Assembly (NCBI GenBank): GCA_041671485.1 | Contig: JBAZBL010000007.1 | Coordinates: 1-63,588, forward strand | Origin: Minisyncoccota bacterium | Lineage (GTDB): Bacteria > Patescibacteriota > Minisyncoccia > Phycocordibacterales > PALSA-1337 | Direction of reading: 5' to 3' | Length of the DNA: 63,588 nucleotides | In this document: positions 45,388 to 54,172 of the stretch, piece by piece | How positions within the stretch are numbered: the stretch's first letter is position 1 | Layout: each line of letters opens with the position of its first letter | Position numbers and translations under genes: made by a program | Notes under the pieces: model-generated | The model's input: the letters and a program-made list of their open reading frames with translations, nothing else | Databases searched by the model: none | What the model was told of the DNA's origin: nothing

Positions 45388-45983
45388 ATGAAAACAAAGA
45401 TCTTCAATTCATTGGGTACGAGTCGTTCCAAGATTGCGGATTGTATACATAGATCTTTTATTGAGTCTGGTGTGAACTTTGCAACTGGGGTACCGTGTGG
45501 TGTACTAAAACATATCATCAGGAACCTAAATAATGACACGCGGGTACTCCATGTACCTGCCAATCGGGAATCAGAAGCAATCGGTCTAGCAGCTGGAGCC
45601 TATCTTGCAGGCAAGACACCGATAGTCTACTCATGAATCTTGGTTCTATAGTGACGATCGGTAATAGAAAACCTGAAAATCTACTGCATATTGTTATTGA
45701 CAACGGTTCTTACGCTTCATGTAGCGAAGAAATATCAATGTCACAATCTGTTGATCTTTGCAAACTGGCAAGAGATGTAGGATATAGATACATTCACAAC
45801 GCCAATAGCAAAAATCGATTGAAATATGCTATAGTGATGTTCAAGCAAGGGCCGGGGTTCATAAGAGCAAGAATTGAACTTGGGGGACGGCGAGATTTTC
45901 GCAGACCACTCAAACTAACTGGAATCAAGAAAAGATTCATGCGATTCTTGAATCAAAAACAAAACAAAAAGGATAAACTATGA
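45388..45983 (+). pseudogene. Internally deleted phosphonopyruvate/sulfopyruvate decarboxylase-like TPP enzyme
   Basis: An N-terminal fragment (GVPCGVLK...NRESEAIGLAAGAYLAGKTPIVY) and a C-terminal TPP-binding fragment (MNLGSIVTIG...IVIDNGSYAS) are joined out of frame at ATGA 45633-45636. About half the expected length is missing. Confidence 0.65.
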
Positions 45984-46810
45984 TGTTTCAAGGAAAGAAA
46001 ATATTCAACGCGTCTTTCGACGCTTACGCCGGCGATTATCACGAGGTCCGGCCGGGATACCCAGCACGAGTCTTTGAAGATATCAAAGAGAAATGCGAGA
46101 TCCACAAAGATTCCCGTCTCCTAGAAATAGGAGCGGGTAGCGGAATCGCTACTGTCGAGTTAGCAAGGTTCGGTTGTAGCGTTACTGCTATAGAGCCAGG
46201 ATCTAACCTCGCGAAGATAGCGAGAAAACAGACAGCAGGATACAACAATGTCAAAATCATTGAGGGAACATTCGAAGATTTTCGGCCAGCCGAGAAATTC
46301 GATGCAGTTCTAGCGTTTACTGCATTCCACTGGATCAATGGGACTGATAAATATCAACAGGTTGTTGAGCCACTAAAGGATTCGGGTAGCTTGGTCCTAG
46401 TATGGAACAGTTTCTTCCAGGACAACTCGCTCGTGACAGATGAAGTCAATCTAGTGTACCAAAAATTGTTGCCTGAAACATATGGGGCAGACTCAAACAC
46501 GGATAACATAAATCGCAATGTATTATCCAAATTGAACTTGCGAGAACAAGAGGTCTGCAGGAATGATTCGTTGTATACTGTGTTCTTGAACAAATACCTT
46601 ACAAGGTATTCCTACGACGATCGAACATACCGAATGCTACTCAATACATTCCCAAAGATCGTTGAGATCGAAGATGTGAAACGTCAAGAATTCTTGACAC
46701 AAGTGTCTGAGGTTATAAAACGACATGGCACAATCTCTGTGCCAGTTCTAACCACCGTCATAGCTTGTAAGATTAGGGACAAATTCCTTCTAGCTATGAG
46801 CAAAGATTGA
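45980..46810 (+). CDS. Class I SAM-dependent methyltransferase
   Basis: Motif I LLEIGAGSGIAT, 276 aa, overlaps both neighbours by 4 nt. Confidence 0.8.
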   Translation: MMFQGKKIFNASFDAYAGDYHEVRPGYPARVFEDIKEKCEIHKDSRLLEIGAGSGIATVELARFGCSVTAIEPGSNLAKIARKQTAGYNNVKIIEGTFEDFRPAEKFDAVLAFTAFHWINGTDKYQQVVEPLKDSGSLVLVWNSFFQDNSLVTDEVNLVYQKLLPETYGADSNTDNINRNVLSKLNLREQEVCRNDSLYTVFLNKYLTRYSYDDRTYRMLLNTFPKIVEIEDVKRQEFLTQVSEVIKRHGTISVPVLTTVIACKIRDKFLLAMSKD

Positions 46811-47913
46811 AAGGAAACAGTATGACCGATATAGATACGGTGGCACGCTTGGCACGTCGTTATGATATGCCATTTGAAGATGTCTTGTTTATTGCATTGA
46901 ATGCGAACGGAGTAAATCTCGAATGTAGTTATAATAGAATGCGCACTGCTCTGCGACTAACGAACGCTGAATTGTTCGGCTACGCCTCAGAACGGAATGA
47001 ATTGGATTACTACTTCGCTGTACCAATAAACAACAACAGCCCTTTCAGGGTAATGGGCAACCAGTTATCATTGCAAGAGATAATCATAGGCCGAACGATA
47101 GGCCTGACAGAAGATATCTGCGACTCTCATTACCCGAGGAGGAACGGAACATCAATCAATCTTAATCCAAATACCCGTACTTCCTGCCATGGTTGCAAAT
47201 TCTGCTATACAGCATACCAAGTGCCGTGCGACAGAAAGAAACTCAAAGACGCTGATGATTTGGAAGCTTTCTTCAATGGTTGGATGCAGGAACATTGTCT
47301 ATCTGACCTTTCGAACTTGATCCAAGTCTCTGTCGTCACAGGATGCTACCAGAATGGCATGGAGATTTGCACTTTCTTGTTAGCTCTCAAAAGTGTATTG
47401 AGCCGACATAAATTCAAAGGCTCAATATTTTATCTCGGATCACAGATCTCTACCGAAAAGGAGCTCAGCTGTCTGACCACCTTACGGCCATTTAGCATTT
47501 GTTATTCGCTGGAAACATTCGAGAGACGAGAATTGTTGCGAGATAAAAAAAGATCTCTAACTATTCAGAGAGCTTGTGAACTCATGGATTGTGCCAAAGG
47601 GCTGAGATATGAGACAAGTTTTTCCTACATTGTAGGGATAGAGTCTCTAGACGTAATCGAAAAATATCTAGGTCACATGAAGGAACATGTCAATAAATTC
47701 CCTATCGTGAACACCCTACAATTGCACAAGTATCATGAAGTTACAATCGCAGATCCAGCCGCTTCGAATCTAGATTATTATCTGAAAACACGAAAACTGT
47801 TTGAACGTATCTTTTCTGATACGAAGATGAGACCTCTGGTCTGGGAAAACTACCGAAGCCTGTGGTTCTTGAAATTTGGCAATGAGCCACTTTACGGCAT
47901 ACGAACTCCTTGA
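46807..47913 (+). CDS. Hypothetical Cys-cluster enzyme (radical-SAM-like context, non-canonical CxxCxxC)
   Basis: 368 aa. NPNTRTSCHGCKFCY resembles a radical SAM loop, but the spacing is CX2CX2C rather than CX3CX2C. Confidence 0.4.
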   Translation: MKGNSMTDIDTVARLARRYDMPFEDVLFIALNANGVNLECSYNRMRTALRLTNAELFGYASERNELDYYFAVPINNNSPFRVMGNQLSLQEIIIGRTIGLTEDICDSHYPRRNGTSINLNPNTRTSCHGCKFCYTAYQVPCDRKKLKDADDLEAFFNGWMQEHCLSDLSNLIQVSVVTGCYQNGMEICTFLLALKSVLSRHKFKGSIFYLGSQISTEKELSCLTTLRPFSICYSLETFERRELLRDKKRSLTIQRACELMDCAKGLRYETSFSYIVGIESLDVIEKYLGHMKEHVNKFPIVNTLQLHKYHEVTIADPAASNLDYYLKTRKLFERIFSDTKMRPLVWENYRSLWFLKFGNEPLYGIRTP

Positions 47914-47955
47914 ACCAATAGAATAGTGTCATAATTGTGAGACTCAGAGGAGCGC

Positions 47956-47988
47956 GCCAGTCCGAACGATCGGGCTGGCTTTTATTTT
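47956..47988 (+). terminator. Rho-independent terminator ending the GC-rich operon
   Basis: gccagtccg-aacgat-cgggctggc followed by ttttatttt. Confidence 0.85.
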
Positions 47989-48211
47989 ATATTATCCCTA
48001 AATATAGATATCCCATATTTCCATCTAGTATACCACTGCTACTTGATGACTAATTAGTCCTTATGATAGCTTATATTTGGATAAGCCTTGGGTGAGGACT
48101 CTGTAAACTATAGTAGGATGTGATTCACTTCGGTGAATCACCTCTTTCAAACTTATAACATATAAATATTATAAAAATTCAAAAACAGGATTACATTGCG
48201 TTCAGGCGTGT

Positions 48212-48766
48212 TTGAAAACACTTCTGTGCTATTTCAATACTCGTGTACTCTCTTTTGATGAGTTAGACAAGATAACCGGACACAATCCAAAAAAATTCAC
48301 ATGGATGAGCAAAGCTATTCTGTGGTTATCTTCAAAAGGATTTCATGTCTACCACATAGAAAGTTTAGATTATGCCAAGTTCGCAAGATCAGGCAAAAAA
48401 TACTTACGCACTATTTGGAATACAAAGACTTTTAAGATTCAAGATACGATGTCTGATTTAAAAGAAGAACAAAAAGATGCTACAAAATTGCTTACCAATA
48501 AACATATTACACTTCTCAATAATCGTTTAAATATAAATGACATACAATCACTGTTCAAAATTGGATTCTTCATTATGCTTTCTATCAATCCAAATATACT
48601 TGAAGGTAGTCAAAAATATGGCGCGCACATGGTTGTAGTAGCAGGATTCAAAAACAAGAAAGTAAGACTCTGTGATCCTGATCATGGATTCAAATGGTAT
48701 GACGAGAGTACTGTAGGACGAGCTATGAATAAGAAAGATTTTTCAGTCACGCTAATATCAAGATGA
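48212..48766 (+). CDS. Papain-like C39-type cysteine peptidase domain protein; start unresolved
   Basis: His/Asp motifs GAHMVVVAG and CDPDHG. The candidate nucleophile region GLHCVQACL lies in frame upstream of the called TTG start (frame open from 48137). Confidence 0.5.
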   Translation: MKTLLCYFNTRVLSFDELDKITGHNPKKFTWMSKAILWLSSKGFHVYHIESLDYAKFARSGKKYLRTIWNTKTFKIQDTMSDLKEEQKDATKLLTNKHITLLNNRLNINDIQSLFKIGFFIMLSINPNILEGSQKYGAHMVVVAGFKNKKVRLCDPDHGFKWYDESTVGRAMNKKDFSVTLISR

Positions 48767-49013
48767 TTTTTATCTTTTATACTAATATTATATACCCAAA
48801 TCAGTAATTTGTTAGTTTTACTATCCCTTTACTTCCCTCCTAAAACATGCTATACATAGTCCTAGATTGGCTCGCTCGTTGAAAACAATAACGAAGTGAC
48901 TATTCTCACAATTTCAGGAATCTAAACAAAGCCAAGGGCAACCGAGGCGCAACAAAGGATCTGCTACTACTCTAGCGTGTGTTGGAGTAATTGGTGGATC
49001 AGAAAGGATCGTC

Positions 49014-50006
49014 ATGAAAAAGATCAGTAGTTTGATCGTGGGGGTCTTCATGATCGCCGCGAATGCACTCATTGCGCAAAACGCAGTGGGTGAAGTTTCT
49101 TCGCTTCCTTTCGGGAGCATGCAGAAGGTGGAGTCCTATGCGGTGTCGAATGTATATGTCATTGGAATCTGGACATGGTATTTCAATCGGACCAATAATA
49201 CATGGAAACCATACATGACTAGTACGAGGTATCCATCATATTTGGCGAACAAATTACAGATGGACCAAGAAACCATCGCCACCAAGTTGTCTAACATCCT
49301 TAGCAACTTGTTGAGTAACACAAACAGTAGCATCGTCAAGGATATGGGAATTAAGGCATATGTACAATGTTGTATGAGAGGAAACGGTCAATCAGCAATT
49401 TCCTTTGATACTTCATACATCTACATCACCCCCAACAAAGTAGGTGGTGTGTACTCTGTCCCAAACCTGTCATGGTTCAAGACGACCATGAAAAGTGATC
49501 TTCCAGTCTACATCCCGGGAACAACTTGGGTACGCATGGAAATCGGTTACTGGGGAGATCCCTTCCCATTTGAAGTGTTTGATCGTAGACTGGATCCATC
49601 AACTGATATCCTCCGTTCAGATGGATTTGTTTACCTCCCTGTTGATGTAATCACAGATTCGTCAACAGCATCTGGTATGTATCAGATGAAGATGTCAATC
49701 TTCACTGGGAATAAATTCCAAAGCTTCAATGGAGATGGAAGATTGTTATCAGAAAACTACATGACCCTCGGAATCAGAACCAACGGAACCTCGGTCATTG
49801 TAAAAGCGGTTGGTGGCGATTCTGGGAGAGCTTACTACCTACAACGATCATCCAACCTCAAAAACTGGACAAATGTGGGTGAGGTGAACATTGTGTCGCC
49901 CTTAGCACACTACTTCCCTCAAGGGGCTGTACAATCCTTCGTTATTCCGAAGACAAACGTCTTCGGATACTTCCGTACAGTGACGACCAATGTGTCGCCT
50001 TACTGA
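49014..50006 (+). CDS. Hypothetical secreted protein (GC-richer island); C-terminal module like that of CDS 163..1239
   Basis: Signal peptide MKKISSLIVGVFMIAANALIA. C-terminal block ...YYLQRSSNLKNWTNV...GYFRTVTT. Confidence 0.6.
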   Translation: MKKISSLIVGVFMIAANALIAQNAVGEVSSLPFGSMQKVESYAVSNVYVIGIWTWYFNRTNNTWKPYMTSTRYPSYLANKLQMDQETIATKLSNILSNLLSNTNSSIVKDMGIKAYVQCCMRGNGQSAISFDTSYIYITPNKVGGVYSVPNLSWFKTTMKSDLPVYIPGTTWVRMEIGYWGDPFPFEVFDRRLDPSTDILRSDGFVYLPVDVITDSSTASGMYQMKMSIFTGNKFQSFNGDGRLLSENYMTLGIRTNGTSVIVKAVGGDSGRAYYLQRSSNLKNWTNVGEVNIVSPLAHYFPQGAVQSFVIPKTNVFGYFRTVTTNVSPY

Positions 50007-50025
50007 AGAGATGAGTTTGAAACGC

Positions 50026-50062
50026 AAGAGGCCGGCGAAGATCGCTGGCCTCTCTTTTTTTA
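50026..50062 (+). terminator. Rho-independent terminator
   Basis: agaggccggcg-aagat-cgctggcctct followed by a T8 run. Confidence 0.85.
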
Positions 50063-50074
50063 TTAATATTTTCT

Positions 50075-52108
50075 CTATATCTCTTCTATGGTGGGTTTTA
50101 CTACATTGATTGTTATTGTATTACTATCAATAGTAGTAATCTGTGCAAAGATTTGGGAGATTGAACTAATTACACTTGCGATCAATGAAGATTTGGCTTT
50201 AGTGATTGATGGATCGCATTTCAATTTTACAATGTATTTTCCTTTAATTAAATCTCTAAATACATAAGATCCTTCATCATCAACCTCAACATCTAACCAA
50301 TCCTGAGATTTTAAATATTGTATCGGATACTCATTATAAAATCCCGAACAAAAACGACTCTTTGTATCATACAGCACAACAACATCCACCCCTTCTCTCA
50401 CCGTCTTTGTTTGAGTAGATTCATTATTAATTGGTTTGGCCATATCACTAAACCAAAGCAGTGGCTTTGTAGAGCCTCCTGTAGATGGCCCTGTGACTAC
50501 TATAGGACCACAAGAAAGGTTAACTTGTTTAACTGGATTAGAACTATCAGTTACTGACAATAATAAATCTAAATAAGAACCAGCAGATAAATTAAATGGT
50601 GAATAGTGATATGGTGCAGTTCCACCTTGAAGATTTGTCACTATTGGATTAACAATTACCTCGGTTCCTGTTATGATAGTTGCAGTGCGGGGAGAAATTG
50701 TACACGTCCCCGTTATTCCTCCTCCACCATTATTATCATCAGTCACTGTAACTGAAACACTATCTGATGCTCGTCCAGATGGTCCTTTACAATCGATAAC
50801 AAAAGTCATATTTTCGATTACAGTTCCAGAAATAGTATCAATCAAAGGAACTGATCCTACATAACCAGACCAATCATCTCCTTTCTCTCCACCGACAGTA
50901 CTAAGATCACATGAAGTCACATTTTCAGAAGTCCATGAGACTTCCGATGAATATGATGTTTGACCATCAGGACTTACTTTTGGATCAGCTTCGATATTGA
51001 CTGTAGGAGAATAGCAAGACGGATCTTTCGTATTATCTATAGACCTTGGACTTGATGTAGCTGTATTATTGGCTTTGACTGAATATGTCCATAAGGAATT
51101 AATTGCGGCAGTAGTATCGGTATATGTAGTACCTATAATATCCTTCACTGTTAATGATGGATTTGATTCAGAGCTTATAAAACGAGTAACCTTATAACTT
51201 GTTGCTCCTGGAATTGCGCTCCAATTCAATACAACAGATGTACAAGTTTTGGTTATGGTTAAATTATATGACGGTGGAGGAACAGGAGCAGTTACCGTCA
51301 AATTAAAAGTGGTGGAGTGAACAACTGGTGGTGCTGTAACATTCACCGTCGCGCTAGTTGGTAAGCTCGCGCCACCAGCTCCAGTACAAGTTGCAGTAAA
51401 TGTAGTATTGGTAGTCAAAGCACCAGAAGAAATATTAGTACCAGAAGTTCCTGTTTGCCATGCTGAGCCAGCTTTTGTTACAGAGCAGGAAGTAGCGTTA
51501 GTTGAAGTCCAAGTAATATTTGAGGTAGAACCAGATGTGACACTGGTCGAACTTGCGGAAATAGTAACAGTTGGTAATGGAGTCACGACAACACTAACAT
51601 TCTCCATCTTAAAATTCGTTTTTGCCCCATTTGTGACAGAAATCTCAATGTAACCACCGGTTGTTAATGGAGTAAAGACAACAGAGTTGGTACCACTCCG
51701 AGCTAGATGATCCAATATTCTAACTGCACCAGAAGCGAGATAAATATTACCCCGGCCACTAGTATCAGAGACAAAACGAATATTCGGAGCAGTGCCTGCT
51801 GGATTTGTTGGATTTAGCGTATATGTATAGGTAAGAGTGTATGGTTTACCGGCGGTCAAAGATATCCAGTTTGATCTTGCGCCACCAACATTTGCTCTGG
51901 ATTCAATTGCCGAACTAATATTATTGCCGCTTGTTGTCAATGTTTTGGTACCATTCGGAGCATCATAAGGGTAAGAACTACCTTGATTGAAAGAAGTAAT
52001 GAGATTTGATGCTTGACCATTTACAGGAATAGCAAAAGTAATCAATCCTACAAATACAAATATTACTGTAGCGAGAGAAATGAATAGATTTTTTCTATTT
52101 TTGAACAT
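50075..52108 (-). CDS. Large secreted surface protein with Ser/Thr-rich Ig-like repeats
   Basis: Start trimmed to MFKNRKNLFISLATVIFVFVG (signal/anchor). The upstream 41 codons overlap the preceding gene. Confidence 0.6.
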   Translation of the reverse strand: MFKNRKNLFISLATVIFVFVGLITFAIPVNGQASNLITSFNQGSSYPYDAPNGTKTLTTSGNNISSAIESRANVGGARSNWISLTAGKPYTLTYTYTLNPTNPAGTAPNIRFVSDTSGRGNIYLASGAVRILDHLARSGTNSVVFTPLTTGGYIEISVTNGAKTNFKMENVSVVVTPLPTVTISASSTSVTSGSTSNITWTSTNATSCSVTKAGSAWQTGTSGTNISSGALTTNTTFTATCTGAGGASLPTSATVNVTAPPVVHSTTFNLTVTAPVPPPSYNLTITKTCTSVVLNWSAIPGATSYKVTRFISSESNPSLTVKDIIGTTYTDTTAAINSLWTYSVKANNTATSSPRSIDNTKDPSCYSPTVNIEADPKVSPDGQTSYSSEVSWTSENVTSCDLSTVGGEKGDDWSGYVGSVPLIDTISGTVIENMTFVIDCKGPSGRASDSVSVTVTDDNNGGGGITGTCTISPRTATIITGTEVIVNPIVTNLQGGTAPYHYSPFNLSAGSYLDLLLSVTDSSNPVKQVNLSCGPIVVTGPSTGGSTKPLLWFSDMAKPINNESTQTKTVREGVDVVVLYDTKSRFCSGFYNEYPIQYLKSQDWLDVEVDDEGSYVFRDLIKGKYIVKLKCDPSITKAKSSLIASVISSISQIFAQITTIDSNTITINVVKPTIEEI

Positions 52109-52110
52109 AA

Positions 52111-53184
52111 TTAAATCGCATAATTCCATGAATAAATAACTGATGGATCTACAACAGCACCATTTACTGTAACAGAATATGTAGCAGAACCGATACCCGA
52201 ACCATACGGGTCTCCAGGTACTGCGGGACAAATAATAAGATTATTATAAGTAATGTTGCCAAAACCGCCCTTGGTCAGAATAGTATTAGCTGGGACGGTA
52301 AAATTGTCTGGAGCCGAATCAAGATTACAAGTTGGACAACTCTTGGTAAAACTCGTTCTGGAAAAAGAAGCCTCGCTTGAATACCGATTATTAATGCTCA
52401 TCTTGGCGTAAAATGAAGTTGTTACCCCATTACAATATCCAAGCGCGGTTGCATATTGATCTGGGAAACCGGGATTTACCACTTCGGATGTACCCACAAT
52501 AGTTACTGGATATGTGCCGGGAGGAGTTAAAGCAGTCGTTAAAATATTTATTGTTGTCGCGCAAGTCATTATTCCGCTTCCCGAAGGCGTGCAAGAGGTG
52601 GGCGAGATAGAGGCCGTGCTCTCTGGTGGCAATTCAGAAACATTAAAAGTAACAAGACCTGTGGGAACCGAGAGAATTTTAGTAACAGTAATTGTGTTTG
52701 TAATTGATTGACCTTGACTGACACTTCTAGTACCTCCATTTAAAAGCGAAAAATCAAATGCACCGGTAGATGACGGGGGAGCAATGTTACATTTAAAATT
52801 TGATGATGGAGTGCTTGGTGATGGATAATACGACCATCCATTCGCATTACAATAATTACCACCAAGAGAATTGCTGATTGCCGACGGCACCGTTAAGTTT
52901 TTACAGAATGGCTCGTCGGTTGAAATTTCGCACTTGTAAGGTGCGGTTGTCTTCAAAACAGAAAACGAAGAATCAATTGAGCATTGAAAATAACGAGTAT
53001 CTGGATTAGCTATTGTATCTGTTAGTGATTTGCAGTAATAAATCGGCTGACTCTGAGCGGAAACAACATAAGAGGTACCTATGTAACTCGTTGTAAAGAC
53101 AACGAAAATTAAAGCGAGAAGCATAACTGGATTTATTTCTTTTATATTTTTCATATTATATAAATAACTAACTTTTATATTCAC
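52111..53184 (-). CDS. Secreted Cys-containing hypothetical protein
   Basis: 357-aa ORF. The likely start is MKNIKEINPVMLLALIFVV at 53154. It stops 2 nt before the next gene's start. Confidence 0.55.
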   Translation of the reverse strand: MNIKVSYLYNMKNIKEINPVMLLALIFVVFTTSYIGTSYVVSAQSQPIYYCKSLTDTIANPDTRYFQCSIDSSFSVLKTTAPYKCEISTDEPFCKNLTVPSAISNSLGGNYCNANGWSYYPSPSTPSSNFKCNIAPPSSTGAFDFSLLNGGTRSVSQGQSITNTITVTKILSVPTGLVTFNVSELPPESTASISPTSCTPSGSGIMTCATTINILTTALTPPGTYPVTIVGTSEVVNPGFPDQYATALGYCNGVTTSFYAKMSINNRYSSEASFSRTSFTKSCPTCNLDSAPDNFTVPANTILTKGGFGNITYNNLIICPAVPGDPYGSGIGSATYSVTVNGAVVDPSVIYSWNYAI

Positions 53185-53591
53185 TTATTGAGAGCATTCA
53201 CAACTATTTCCCTTTCTTCGGGTGTTAGAGAACTCCATGTCTTCGAAGAAATACCGCCAAACTGTTTCAAAATTATTTCTCTCTCTCCAGAAGACAAAAC
53301 AAGCGAAGCGGTTGCCCTCTCTATGATCTTATCCGTCAATTCTTGTGGTGTTGTACTACCAAGATTTGTTAGAGGTATTATTTGCTTTGGCACTGCTAGA
53401 GTTTCAATCGTTGAATTGTCTCTATTTTGCCATACATTCACATATAGATAAGCGATTCCTATTATAACCAAAATACACAATACAAGTATTACAAGGGTTC
53501 TTGCATGATGCGTTTTTGGCGGAGCTAAGAATTCATTCATGTCCATAATAATATTCGGGCAATTTACCTTTGTATTATAACAGAGATTCAA
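53181..53591 (-). CDS. Hypothetical membrane-anchored protein
   Basis: 136 aa with one TM; first gene of a three-gene surface-protein operon. Confidence 0.45.
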   Translation of the reverse strand: MNLCYNTKVNCPNIIMDMNEFLAPPKTHHARTLVILVLCILVIIGIAYLYVNVWQNRDNSTIETLAVPKQIIPLTNLGSTTPQELTDKIIERATASLVLSSGEREIILKQFGGISSKTWSSLTPEEREIVVNALNK

Positions 53592-53739
53592 GAGTGAAAT
53601 ACGTGATAAATGTGGATAGTGATACGGTGTATATTCAGAATAATAAACATCAAGGTTTTGACGAAGAATAAGGTCTGTGAGGCAATTTTATTATTTTCAT
53701 GCTAATCTTAAACTGGAAATTAGAGATTAGGAGGTCAAA

Positions 53740-53814
53740 ATGTTATTGTTATATCTTGAAGTTACACCAGAGGATGATCCTTCGGGTCAAAAAGGACTAC
53801 GAGGATACCCTTGA
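53740..53814 (+). CDS. Candidate 24-aa leader/micro-ORF with a strong SD
   Basis: AGGAGGtcaaaATG ... TGA, translating to MLLLYLEVTPEDDPSGQKGLRGYP. Confidence 0.25.
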   Translation: MLLLYLEVTPEDDPSGQKGLRGYP

Positions 53815-53911
53815 ATGATTTTATGTTTCGTCGTATACTAGCAAGTAGATGAGGTTGTCCACGTGATGGTGGAATACGCTCTTTTACGAAGAAACTTAGT
53901 TGTATCATTCT

Positions 53912-54106
53912 ATGAAAAGTTTGATTCTACTCTGTGGACCCGGCTGTTGCCCAGCTTGTCCCGAAGTTCTTGAAGATGCTTCTGCCCCTGCGGAAAAACA
54001 GATCAAGATCAAGGACGATTTCGGAGCGACAGTATCGATGTCCAAGGCCCAATTCTCTGTTCTTATCAGGAATGCAAAGGACGGAAAGTTGGACCAGCAC
54101 GCATGA
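53912..54106 (+). CDS. Small CGPGCCPxC-motif protein (64 aa, GC-rich cassette)
   Basis: MKSLILLCGPGCCPACPEV... followed by its own terminator. Confidence 0.5.
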   Translation: MKSLILLCGPGCCPACPEVLEDASAPAEKQIKIKDDFGATVSMSKAQFSVLIRNAKDGKLDQHA

Positions 54107-54127
54107 ATCTGATGTGGATCCAAACAA

Positions 54128-54162
54128 GGATGGTATTGCAATCCGCGATACCATCCCCTTTT
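54128..54162 (+). terminator. Rho-independent terminator
   Basis: ggatggtat-N11-ataccatcc followed by ccTTTT. Confidence 0.7.
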
Positions 54163-54172
54163 GTAAATAATT

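Noticed and set aside
48134-48136. Alternative genetic code (UGA recoded, as in Gracilibacteria/Absconditabacteria) to extend the C39-like ORF
   Set aside because: All long conserved genes (lepA, groEL, nrdJ, eno) are intact under code 11 with no in-frame TGA. Upstream of this TGA a TAA follows within 30 nt in the same frame.
53905-54170. Overlapping ORFs 53905..54141(-), 53927..54154(-) and 53934..54170(+)
   Set aside because: Such ORFs are a known artefact of a GC-rich patch. Only the plus-strand 53912..54106 frame has a sensible N-terminus and a terminator directly downstream.
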